Source: a virus (lineage: Duplodnaviria > Caudoviricetes). Taken from it: DNA of 57,433 nt. The notes beneath the pieces are model-generated. The model ran no database searches. It was not told the DNA's origin and worked only from the letters and a program-made list of their open reading frames with translations. This document shows positions 47,859-56,118 of this stretch, piece by piece. How positions within the stretch are numbered: the stretch's first letter is position 1; the number at the start of each line of letters is the position of its first letter. The DNA lies in the IMG/VR virus record IMGVR_UViG_3300007512_000043, positions 1-57,433 of that record, one strand, 5' to 3'. A program made the position numbers and the translations under genes.

Positions 47859-47874
47859 ATGTGAAGAAGGACAA

Positions 47875-47915
47875 AGGATGTCCCACCGCATCGGCTTGGT
47901 CAATATTATTATTCA
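47875..47915 (-). promoter_or_regulatory. Sigma70-like promoter for the replication operon
   Basis: TTGACC (47903-47898), 17 nt spacer, CATCCT; AT-rich upstream tract; lies just after the terminator. Confidence 0.5.
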
Positions 47916-47926
47916 TATTAATTAAC

Positions 47927-47956
47927 AAAAAATAGGGAGGCCCGAAGGCCTCCCTA
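47927..47956 (-). terminator. Rho-independent terminator ending the early/TIGR operon
   Basis: Minus strand TAGGGAGGCC-TTCG-GGCCTCCCTA-TTTTTT: 10-bp stem with a cUUCGg loop. Confidence 0.88.
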
Positions 47957-48053
47957 CCCAAGCAATGTGAGCAACACAACAAACAGAGGGAAATACTACG
48001 AAACCCCTGTCGCAGGCACACATTATCCAACCAGTAGGCACCTAGGCAAGCCC

Positions 48054-48431
48054 TTATTTGCTATTCTTTTTACTGAAGAACTTGTTCCTCAGTACGGCCA
48101 TCTTGACCGAATGTTCAGCGGTTCCTGTCCTAACCGCATTCGTCCTTAACCATTCCTCAGTCAGCCCCAGCTTCTTGAGTGATGCTGCGACATCCACCTT
48201 CTTGGCTCCTGTTGGCCTAATGCTGAAGACCAGCCTTGGGTCATCCCCGTTTGAGGCTGGCTCAACCTTGGGCCCCTTCTTCACAGGGGTCCTGTTCTTC
48301 TTCCTGAGCACAGGCTCAGGTTGCTGCTCTTGCAGTGAGGCAGACACAAGCCTTGCCTCTTTCATCGTCCCGACCAAGCCAATCAAATCGGCTAGGTCAT
48401 TGCCTCTAGCATGTATAATAACGGTATACAT
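48054..48431 (-). CDS. Hypothetical basic protein downstream of the array
   Basis: AGAAAGGAA RBS upstream; 125 aa. Confidence 0.65.
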   Translation of the reverse strand: MYTVIIHARGNDLADLIGLVGTMKEARLVSASLQEQQPEPVLRKKNRTPVKKGPKVEPASNGDDPRLVFSIRPTGAKKVDVAASLKKLGLTEEWLRTNAVRTGTAEHSVKMAVLRNKFFSKKNSK

Positions 48432-48470
48432 AAATATATTATTCCTTTCTGTATAATTGTTGTGATTAAA

Positions 48471-49367
48471 CTTAACGCTCTGCTGGATTGGTGCTCTCTC
48501 GTATTTTGACTCGTTCTGATTATATGGTACTCACATTATTGATGACTCGCTCACTCAGTATGGTTCTCTTATTTTTAGTGACTCGCTCTTGCAGTATGGT
48601 TCTCTCTTTCGAAGTGACTCGCTCTATCATATTGGTTCCACTCATGGACAGTGGCTCGTTCGTCGGATCTGGTTCTCACTTTTTTAATGACTCGTTCGGA
48701 ATGACTGGCTCTATCGGGTAATATGACTCGTTCGGGGTGCGGGGTTCTCTCAAATAGTATGACTCGTTCGGTTCTAATGGTTCTCTCCTATTCGTTGACT
48801 CGCTCCGTATCTCTGGTTCTCTCGATGTATGTGACTCGTTCGTTCATAGTGGCACACTGCTGCTGCATAACTCGTTCGGGGATGATGGTTCTGCTTATGA
48901 TCTTTGACTCGTTCTGCTCCAATTGATTCTCTCAGGTCACATGACTCGTTCTATTCATTTGGTTCTCTCCTTGGTACTTGACTCGTTCATTACCAGTGGT
49001 GCTGTTCTGTAGTAGTGACTCGTTCCAGTCTGATGGCTCTCTCGAATATGGTGACTCGTTCAACTTTCTTGGTTCTCTCAAGTTAAATGCCTCGTTCAGT
49101 AGGGGTGGTTCTCTCTTATACAATGACTCGTTCTCAGTCTTTGGTTCTCTCAGCCAAGATGACTCGTTCGCGTATACTGGTTCTCTCAGTAGGCATGACT
49201 CGTTCGACCAAGATGGTTCCCTCAACAACTTTGACTCGTTCTAGTTCTCTGGTTCTCTCGGAATGACTGACTCGTTCTGGACTAATGGTTCTCTCGAAAA
49301 CGATGACTCGCTTCTGCCTTCTGGTTCTCTCAAGACCTATGACTCGCTCGGCAATCAAGGTTCCCTC
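48471..49367 (-). repeat. TIGR-like (tandem interspaced guide RNA) dual-repeat array, ~24-25 units of 36 bp
   Basis: Plus-strand unit TGACTCGTTC-N8-TGGTTCTCTC-N8. 24 copies of the first repeat (48507...49340) and 25 of the second (48489...49358), with variable 8-mers between. Adjacent to a Nop/IS110-like gene. Confidence 0.88.
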
Positions 49368-50113
49368 TATTGGCCGGGCTTATTGTATTCCGCTATTATT
49401 TTTTCAGCATCCCAGCCTAGCTTTAGCTTGTCACTAACGTAGTCTGTTGGAATGCCGAATGCGTCAGCGAAGTCTTTCTGCGATATGTAGATAGTCTTCG
49501 TCGAGTGTCTGACTACGGGCTCCTTGTTGTCGTCGCCTGTCGGAATGTTGGGAACATATGTGTAACCCTGCTCCACCACCAGCCTATCAACCTCCACATA
49601 GTTTGGCGGGACATCGAACCCAAAGGATTGTTCAAGGGTCCAGCCCTTGTTCTTCCTCGCTATTATCGTTTGGTACTTTGCGAACAGCGGGAACGGGTAG
49701 GCCCCGTCCTCAATCTGTCGCATAAGTTCCCTAACTGAACCCCCTTCCAGCACCTCGCCTCCGTTAGGAAGCCTCAGCCTCAGGTTCTCTTCAACCACCG
49801 GAGTGACATGATCGAGACACTTGTCAGGGGTAATGTCGTTGCCGGGTATCAGATCGAACAGGCTTACAACCTCATGCTTATCAATAGCAAAGAACTCCCG
49901 CTTGTCGCTGACCCTCTTGCTTGCCAGTGCCGAGTGTATCTTAGACTCAATGAAGTTGGCATCATCAACCTCCTTTGCGTAGATACATTCGAAGGGGGAA
50001 GGTACGTTCGTGTCAAACAACTGCTTCATCCTCCTCTCCAAGTTGCCGGTTTGCCCTATCTTCACAACGCACGGCATTGATGCGTTCGTAACTGCGTATA
50101 TTATACCGTTCAT
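49367..50113 (-). CDS. GIY-YIG superfamily nuclease (T5orf172/Mug113 domain) with C-terminal repeated HTH-like motifs
   Basis: 'GIIYAVTN..MP.VVKIGQT.NLERRMKQL....VPSPF...IESKIH..L...RV...REFF'; C-terminal 'KGWTLEQ' and 'FGIP...KLKLGWDAE'; GAGGAG RBS. Confidence 0.85.
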   Translation of the reverse strand: MNGIIYAVTNASMPCVVKIGQTGNLERRMKQLFDTNVPSPFECIYAKEVDDANFIESKIHSALASKRVSDKREFFAIDKHEVVSLFDLIPGNDITPDKCLDHVTPVVEENLRLRLPNGGEVLEGGSVRELMRQIEDGAYPFPLFAKYQTIIARKNKGWTLEQSFGFDVPPNYVEVDRLVVEQGYTYVPNIPTGDDNKEPVVRHSTKTIYISQKDFADAFGIPTDYVSDKLKLGWDAEKIIAEYNKPGQ

Positions 50114-50122
50114 TTTATCTCC

Positions 50123-50200
50123 TCAGTCGTCTGTCAGTACCAAGTAATAGAAATACAAGGTCATTACCAATGATGCGAATGCCAGTATCATGAGAATCAT
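50123..50200 (-). CDS. 25-aa single-TM peptide (not in ORF track)
   Basis: MILMILAFASLVMTLYFYYLVLTDD. ATGA overlap with the tas stop codon; its own stop overlaps the RBS of the next gene. Confidence 0.5.
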   Translation of the reverse strand: MILMILAFASLVMTLYFYYLVLTDD

Positions 50201-50991
50201 GCCGCCTTTATATGGTGCACATGGCCCATATGCGCTATGGGATAAGGCAACGGCGGGTCTGTCTTGTAGTGCTCACGGTATGCCGTCTCATGCCAGTGCG
50301 CCAAGAACAGCTTGACCGCATATCGCTTGGCTCTGGCGTGAATGTGGCCCGGCGGCAGCTTGCCAACCGAGTAGTGCTTGTATGCCTCGGTGTTCTTTCC
50401 GACCCGCTTGGCACCCTCATCTGCCTGAGACTTGTACATGAGTACGCTGTTGTTTGCAGTCTCAAGCACCTTGCGTTGTTCATAGTACTGACCATAGATG
50501 TCCTTGTCCCTTGACTTAACCTTCACGAATGACTCACCTATCTTCCAGCACAGTGTCTTTAGGCTGGCGTTCCAAGGGCGCTTCTGTCCCTTGCCCCACT
50601 TGCACGTTGGGTCCTGACCTGCGTACCTCCAGATGTGTCCGACAGTAGGGGCCTTGGTGATGTCGATATGAGCAAGAAGGCCAGCCGCAATCACAGGGCC
50701 GATCCCGCATATACCCATAGACCACTGCCCCACTGGGTCAGCCTTCGCATACCTGTTCAGCGACCTCTTGATGTTGTGCTCAAGGTCTTCGTTGACTTCA
50801 CCAACCCACTCAAGCAATGAGCTTGGCTCGTTTGTGCCTGCCAAGCTTCTCACCTGTGCTGCTGCCCTTATTCTGCTATCTTGTATCTGATAGTATGTGT
50901 CCACTAGGAACCTAGCTTCATCTGATGAGAGCCTTGAGCTCGCATCAAGCAGGTCCTTGTCCAGTTTTATTCTCTCTCTTCCTTCGCTCAT
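50197..50991 (-). CDS. tasA: TIGR-associated Nop-domain protein (TasA-like; IS110 C-terminal-like fold, no RuvC/HNH)
   Basis: Helical N-terminus ('LVDTYYQIQDSRIRAAAQVR'), 'GICGIGPVIAAGLLAHID', 'IWRYAG', 'PWNASLKTLCWKIGESFVK', 'YYEQRK', 'HIHARAKRYAVKLFLAHW'. No DEDD RuvC domain; adjacent to a 36-bp dual-repeat array. Confidence 0.82.
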   Translation of the reverse strand: MSEGRERIKLDKDLLDASSRLSSDEARFLVDTYYQIQDSRIRAAAQVRSLAGTNEPSSLLEWVGEVNEDLEHNIKRSLNRYAKADPVGQWSMGICGIGPVIAAGLLAHIDITKAPTVGHIWRYAGQDPTCKWGKGQKRPWNASLKTLCWKIGESFVKVKSRDKDIYGQYYEQRKVLETANNSVLMYKSQADEGAKRVGKNTEAYKHYSVGKLPPGHIHARAKRYAVKLFLAHWHETAYREHYKTDPPLPYPIAHMGHVHHIKAA

Positions 50992-51230
50992 TTGTTTCCC
51001 TTTCTGTTTGTTTCGCTAACGGGAGTTATTCCCGTTACATATGTCCTTAGTTTTTCGGCGGGGTCATGATCCCACTTCTGGGCCACACCTTCGCCGTAGT
51101 TTTCATTGCAGTCCATTGATGTGCCAATAACCCTGTTGTTGACAATCTCCACTGCCCGTGACTTGTTCTTTGCATCCACCTCAAAGTAGTGGGTGCTCTT
51201 TCTTCTTACTGTTACTAGGTATTTTTTCAT
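50988..51230 (-). CDS. Hypothetical protein
   Basis: 80 aa, coupled to both neighbours by overlaps. Confidence 0.6.
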   Translation of the reverse strand: MKKYLVTVRRKSTHYFEVDAKNKSRAVEIVNNRVIGTSMDCNENYGEGVAQKWDHDPAEKLRTYVTGITPVSETNRKGNK

Positions 51231-51454
51231 AGCTCTCCATCTGCGAGTAGCTCGCCATTGGTGATCTCGTTTTGTCCTCCCTTCGCAATCCGCATGACAG
51301 TGAACATGTCCCTGCCGTTGGTGTGTACCAACTCAACGCGAATTGCGCCGCTGTGACTTGCCGCCTCAGTAACAAGGCCCGTGCTCTTGTGCCCTCTCGC
51401 CGTTGCCTGTGTCTTGCGTGCGCTTACTGGTATAGTACCGTAGAAGTGTGACAT
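51227..51454 (-). CDS. Hypothetical phage protein
   Basis: MSHFYGTI...ATARGHKSTG; GAAAGGAA RBS. Confidence 0.65.
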   Translation of the reverse strand: MSHFYGTIPVSARKTQATARGHKSTGLVTEAASHSGAIRVELVHTNGRDMFTVMRIAKGGQNEITNGELLADGEL

Positions 51455-51456
51455 TA

Positions 51457-51606
51457 TTATCTTCCTTTCCTTAAGTCTCCGTAATTAAACTTCGTTCTGT
51501 TCTGGTCAAGCCCTCGCTTCTTGAGGAACTTTGCATAACCCTTGTCGACTTCTTTCCTCAGTCCCGCAAACGTATCCTCTGGTAGGGAGTCTGCCACCTG
51601 AGCCAT
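51457..51606 (-). CDS. Possible 49-aa protein (not in ORF track)
   Basis: MAQVADSLPEDTFAGLRKEVDKGYAKFLKKRGL... fills the gap between genes. Confidence 0.35.
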   Translation of the reverse strand: MAQVADSLPEDTFAGLRKEVDKGYAKFLKKRGLDQNRTKFNYGDLRKGR

Positions 51607-51636
51607 CTTTTTCCCGTCATGTTTCTCACTCATGTG

Positions 51637-52032
51637 TTATTTTATGCTTCCTCCTGACGCCCAGTCAGGGTTGTGATCAAGCTGCAACTTTATCCACGCT
51701 GTGGTGTACAGCTCCTTGTACTTCTCTCTCATCTTGTCAGTCCATCCATTGTCATCCCTTCGCCAGTCAAACTGTGGCCGCTTATCAACCACAGCAGGGA
51801 AGTGTTCGTTGACTATCCTCTGTGCCCTGCTTGGGCTACATCGGATGTGCTTGTCATACTTAACCAGTCGGTGGATATCTGGATTACCACTGAACTCGCC
51901 AGTCAGTATCGCCAACTCAATTGTTGACTCCCATATTTGCAGTGGGTCACCGCAGACCTGACAGTCCACGGGGTACCACTCTTTCACTTTCTCATCCTTG
52001 CCTGTGTCTAGGTTTAGCTGTATCTCACTCAT
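51637..52032 (-). CDS. Hypothetical protein with CxxC
   Basis: CQVC and HIRC suggest a zinc site; ATGA overlap. Confidence 0.6.
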   Translation of the reverse strand: MSEIQLNLDTGKDEKVKEWYPVDCQVCGDPLQIWESTIELAILTGEFSGNPDIHRLVKYDKHIRCSPSRAQRIVNEHFPAVVDKRPQFDWRRDDNGWTDKMREKYKELYTTAWIKLQLDHNPDWASGGSIK

Positions 52033-52265
52033 ATAATTCCTAACTCCTCCTTGTGTTTCTCTGTGTAACCATAGTCATCCTCATCTAAGGAGTACCACCT
52101 TTGGTATGCTGTCTCCATATTGAATTTGAAATCACACAATGTTGTATCATCTGACAACGCCCAATGCTTGCCTAGGTATTCTCCTATTGCCTCGGCTATT
52201 ATCTTTAAGCGAAGGGGGTCAGCCTTTATCGACAGGTGGTGTTCGCTTACATTTATCTCACTCAT
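52029..52265 (-). CDS. Hypothetical protein
   Basis: GAAAGGAA RBS before ATG 52265 (MSEINV). Confidence 0.55.
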   Translation of the reverse strand: MSEINVSEHHLSIKADPLRLKIIAEAIGEYLGKHWALSDDTTLCDFKFNMETAYQRWYSLDEDDYGYTEKHKEELGII

Positions 52266-52387
52266 TGTCTTTCCTTTCCAGTGGCCACTTGCCGTCGAAC
52301 TCAAACGATCCCAACTCCTTGTACCTCCCTCGGCTTAACTGCTTGAGGTAGGTCACGGTGCCGGGGGCACCAGACAGGCAGTCCATA

Positions 52388-52675
52388 TCACGAATTGACA
52401 TGATCGCCATTCTCCTTGTCCCCCTGTAGTGGGTGTCCAGCCTGACATGTGTCGTGTGCTTTGGTGTCCTCATTGAACTTGAACTCTTCTCCTTTATACT
52501 CATTGATTTGTTCCTTGTTATTCTGTCCCATTATCTGCTCAACTATTTGAGCAACTGTGTATACCCAATACGGGTGCCCACCTTTCTCCCCCTCAACCAG
52601 CCAACGCTGTAGCCTCTCGTCGAGGAGGCTGTCACGCTGGCGTGGTGTAAGGAGAATGGTGTACTCATTTGGCAT
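52388..52675 (-). CDS. Hypothetical protein
   Basis: ORF overlapping the upstream gene end; start uncertain. Confidence 0.4.
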   Translation of the reverse strand: MPNEYTILLTPRQRDSLLDERLQRWLVEGEKGGHPYWVYTVAQIVEQIMGQNNKEQINEYKGEEFKFNEDTKAHDTCQAGHPLQGDKENGDHVNS

Positions 52676-53477
52676 TGCTTCCGAACTGTGAGACATAGCT
52701 GATGAGCTTTAGGAAGTCATCCCTGTTCAACGATATGTTGTCCAGTGAGTTTTTCTCCTGTTCATCTCGGCTTACCTGCATGCAGATTTCACCAAGTTTT
52801 TCAGAAGTGTATTCAAGTGAAACAGTTTCACCGTATGACCTCTTGAACTTAGGTTTACCCAAGATTGAATCTATCTTGGATATGTATTTCTTTACCCCAT
52901 CAGCCTTGCTCAGGTAGTCCTTAGCCCAGAAACTGCTTGCCCGATAGAGGGTGTCGTATGTTTCCCAAGTCTTCTCAATCTTCTTACTGGCTATCGTTAC
53001 GTCAGTAAGGGGAGACTTCTTGTTTGGGTTGCCCACGTTGCGCCATACCTTGCCTTCAAGGTCACGCCTTTCAGAGTAATCCCATCTATCCACTATCCGG
53101 CTAAACAGGGAGGATTGTTTCTCACTCCACATGCTGCCGTTTGGTGCATAGTCAGTCGGGTCGAAGCCGGGCGTAATAAAATGCTCCCGCTCGTCAACGT
53201 CCACATAAGCAGGCCACTTATACCTCAACTCAAACGAGTTGAATGCCGGTGTGTAGCAGGCATCGACCTGTCTTCCTATCGCAAACTCACCCTCATCCTT
53301 GAAGGTAAACCTTGCACCATAGGTTGCCCCGTCGAACAACTCGGGCTTAATGCCCTCAACTGGTAGCCCTCGGATATCCAGAAGCTGACCGATGCTTTCG
53401 GCAATGAGCTTGGACGCTGCAAGTTTTGCATCATCCTTTGCGTTTGCCCCCACCATATTTAATGATATATCGTTCAT
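52665..53477 (-). CDS. Hypothetical protein
   Basis: 270 aa; AGAAAGGAACCA leader motif. Confidence 0.7.
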   Translation of the reverse strand: MNDISLNMVGANAKDDAKLAASKLIAESIGQLLDIRGLPVEGIKPELFDGATYGARFTFKDEGEFAIGRQVDACYTPAFNSFELRYKWPAYVDVDEREHFITPGFDPTDYAPNGSMWSEKQSSLFSRIVDRWDYSERRDLEGKVWRNVGNPNKKSPLTDVTIASKKIEKTWETYDTLYRASSFWAKDYLSKADGVKKYISKIDSILGKPKFKRSYGETVSLEYTSEKLGEICMQVSRDEQEKNSLDNISLNRDDFLKLISYVSQFGSNAK

Positions 53478-53495
53478 GTATTATTGGTTCCTTTC

Positions 53496-55028
53496 TTATT
53501 CAACGATTACCGGAATGTAACCGTAAGTTCTTTGTGGTAGTACAATGGAATCACAGGCATTCACGCCAACGAAGATGGTTGGCACGCCTGACTCGGTCAT
53601 GCTGTCATAACAGAACCCCATATCTGTCACGAATATAGCCCAGTCGTAGTCGTGCTTCTTATCCCTCAACCAGTCTATCGCTGGCTGCATGTCCGTGCCT
53701 CCGCGCCCCAGCCACTCACGGGGTACCGTAAGAGGCAGGTCGTTGTAGTTGTATTCACGAATGCCACGCTCATGTATTGTGGCATCGCACTGCACCATTG
53801 TGATCTCTGCCTTCGGCCATTCCTCCAGAACCTTGCTGATCTGGACGATAGCCTCGTCGCATTCACGGTGACCCATACTCCCGCTGGTGTCTGTGATTAC
53901 CGCACCCTTGGTCTTACCCTTGGTGCGATTGGACGGGAAGATAACATCGCCCATCGTGCGCCTGCGGTGTGGCCGCTTGTGATTGCGCCCACCCAAGCAT
54001 GACTTGTGGATGTACTCACGGAGCTTTGACCAGTTATTCGCAGCCTTCTTGGCAATGGAATTTTCTATGTAATCAATCCCATACCCTGCGCCCCTGCCTT
54101 GCTGCTTCATGAGCACCACTGCCTGAGTTGCTGTCTCTTCGTACTCGGCCTCGGCATGATCCATCCCCTCCTCTTCAATGACGGGACTGTCATCAACCTC
54201 GCCAACCACAGTGCTGTCTCCGGTTATCTCTTCAAACTTTTCAGTAAGAGACTTGCCGCTGCTCGCTGTACCCCCGCTGGATGTGGCATCTCCACTGCCA
54301 CCAGCATTGCTGTCGCCGTCAGTATCGCTGTCACCATCACTGCCGTCGCCGTCGCCGTCGCCGTCGCCCCCGTCGTCAGGCTTCTTGTCGCCGTCGCCCC
54401 CGCTGGTGGTGCTGGACTCTTCATCGTCAGGCTCGCACCCTTCGCCATTCTCTCCGCCATCTCCGCCTTCACCATCCTCGCACGGCTCGGTGATGCCTCC
54501 GTGTGGAGGCTCAGGAAGATCGGCAATGTCCTTCTCAAGCTCACGGTAATACCATTCAGCCGACTTTAGGTGAGGGAACTTTGCCCAATCACCTTCTCTT
54601 GGCATGAGTATCTTGACCTTGTTGATCAGCTCGTCCCAAACGTCCAGCTTGATGATGTAATCCCTGAGCAGTGAGTTGATAGCCAAGTCACCGGCCACAT
54701 TGTAGCCCTTGTGATTTCGGTCACCCCTTCTGACGTGGTGCCCCAGCAGCAGGTGCATTGCCTCATGCAACACCACCCACTTGACGGCATCCGTGCTCAG
54801 CTTATCCACAAACTTGGGATTATACTTGAGCACTCGTCCATTGGTACACATGGTCGGGACGCCGTGATCCATAACAACCTTCCACTTGGCAATCCACGGG
54901 ACGCCAATTGGATGGAAGTCGAAGATGTAATCATGACCCAGATCAACCTTCAACTTCGCTCTCTTCATTATGTCATCCAACAAGCTGTCGGCTGACTTCA
55001 TCGCTTCTTTTAATTTAGTATTGCTCAT
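53496..55028 (-). CDS. DUF2201-type metallopeptidase + vWA domain protein
   Basis: 'TMCTNG...YNPKFV', HEAMH (HExxH), 'NVAGDLAIN', D/G-rich linker, MIDAS DTSGS, 'GRGGTD', 'VTD'; start re-assigned to 55028. Confidence 0.85.
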   Translation of the reverse strand: MSNTKLKEAMKSADSLLDDIMKRAKLKVDLGHDYIFDFHPIGVPWIAKWKVVMDHGVPTMCTNGRVLKYNPKFVDKLSTDAVKWVVLHEAMHLLLGHHVRRGDRNHKGYNVAGDLAINSLLRDYIIKLDVWDELINKVKILMPREGDWAKFPHLKSAEWYYRELEKDIADLPEPPHGGITEPCEDGEGGDGGENGEGCEPDDEESSTTSGGDGDKKPDDGGDGDGDGDGSDGDSDTDGDSNAGGSGDATSSGGTASSGKSLTEKFEEITGDSTVVGEVDDSPVIEEEGMDHAEAEYEETATQAVVLMKQQGRGAGYGIDYIENSIAKKAANNWSKLREYIHKSCLGGRNHKRPHRRRTMGDVIFPSNRTKGKTKGAVITDTSGSMGHRECDEAIVQISKVLEEWPKAEITMVQCDATIHERGIREYNYNDLPLTVPREWLGRGGTDMQPAIDWLRDKKHDYDWAIFVTDMGFCYDSMTESGVPTIFVGVNACDSIVLPQRTYGYIPVIVE

Positions 55029-55062
55029 ACTGTATGGTTCCTTTCTGATTACTGGCAAGTAA

Positions 55063-56094
55063 TTAGCTCACCAAGTTAATACTTCTTATGTCATCAAGCA
55101 TGCTCCTTGCGGTGGCTGTTGCCTCCTTCCGCATATTGCTGTCCTTCTTGACTCCCTCGGCTGTGAACTTCTCAAACACCTGCGCCATCTTCTCCGATGC
55201 CTTCTCAATGTCGGGGCACCCAGAGACGTTGACCTCCTTCATCACGCTCACCAGTTGCTTGATGTTGTTGATCGAGTTGCCATTGTGTCTAGCCCTCAGC
55301 CCCTTGCGCTTGTCCTCAAGCTTCTTGACCTTGGCCTCCGCTTTTTCAAGCTTGTCCTTGTCCCCTTTCGGGGCCGCCTTCAAGTCGGCCTTGGCTTTAA
55401 TTAGCAGGACATCAATCTGTTCCTGCTCCTCCTTTGCCTTGCCGTATGGTTCAAGGGTGTCGATGCAATTGGTTAACACGTCCTCCATTCTGGTGACTGA
55501 CTCATTGCGAGCTGCTGTCACCTTTCGCTGGAGTCTCTGATTCAACTCATGCTCCATATCCTTGACCACGGCAGCGGTATGGTTAAGGCGAATGTCATCA
55601 CCGCCCTTGACCACGTCACGCTCAATGGTGAACTTGAAGTTATCCCTGAGCTCTTCACGACTAGGGAAGTCAGCCCACTCAAACTCACCTCGGAGTCTGG
55701 ACTTGGCATCCTCTCGCATACCGTCATAGTCCTCGTCCACTATTTTGTCAGCGACCTCAGTTGACTTGAGCTGCAACTCCTTGAGCTGTGTCTCAATAGA
55801 CGGCCAGAACTTGAGCCTGACCAGTCGCCATCCGTTGTCATCATATGCACAGCTTCTGTAATTCAGATAGCTGCGTGCCTCACCAACCAGCTTGGCGTAG
55901 CGTGCGAGGTTATCACCCCGTAGCTTCACAAGCGTAGTCCTTACGGAATCGGTGTCGATTCCCTTCGACTTGGCCGTGTCAACGGCAAGCCGTTCGCTCT
56001 TCTTGCTTTTGCCCGGCTGCTTGAAGCTGAGCTTGACGAGAATCACATCCTCTTGGATTCTCTTTAGTACTTTTTGTTGTGCAGTTAGCAACAT
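55063..56094 (-). CDS. Hypothetical coiled-coil protein of the MoxR/vWA cassette (DUF3150-like, tentative)
   Basis: 343 aa between the AAA and vWA genes; 'FEWADFPSREELRDNF' motif; conserved leader motif. Confidence 0.55.
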   Translation of the reverse strand: MLLTAQQKVLKRIQEDVILVKLSFKQPGKSKKSERLAVDTAKSKGIDTDSVRTTLVKLRGDNLARYAKLVGEARSYLNYRSCAYDDNGWRLVRLKFWPSIETQLKELQLKSTEVADKIVDEDYDGMREDAKSRLRGEFEWADFPSREELRDNFKFTIERDVVKGGDDIRLNHTAAVVKDMEHELNQRLQRKVTAARNESVTRMEDVLTNCIDTLEPYGKAKEEQEQIDVLLIKAKADLKAAPKGDKDKLEKAEAKVKKLEDKRKGLRARHNGNSINNIKQLVSVMKEVNVSGCPDIEKASEKMAQVFEKFTAEGVKKDSNMRKEATATARSMLDDIRSINLVS

Positions 56095-56118
56095 ATTATG
56101 GTTCCTTTCTTGTTTGTA

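Noticed and set aside
47957-48053. Possible structured RNA before the terminator
   Set aside because: Only short imperfect stems (ACAGAGGG/CCCCTGT); not enough support.
48488-49358. Short ORFs over the array (48488-48721, 48723-48926, 48932-49228, 48978-49244, 49134-49358)
   Set aside because: They arise from the 36-bp period. Frames break at the 37-bp units, occur on both strands and lack RBSs.
48471-49367. CRISPR array
   Set aside because: Repeats are 10 nt of two alternating types, spacers are 8 nt, and there are no cas1/cas2 or effector genes. The geometry does not fit CRISPR.
50197-50991. IS110 transposase / insertion sequence
   Set aside because: Lacks the N-terminal DEDD RuvC domain, is translationally coupled within a phage operon, and sits by a dual-repeat array. 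TasA-like fits better.
54230-54480. GCCGTC-type tandem repeats
   Set aside because: They encode the Asp/Gly low-complexity linker of the vWA protein and are not a separate element.
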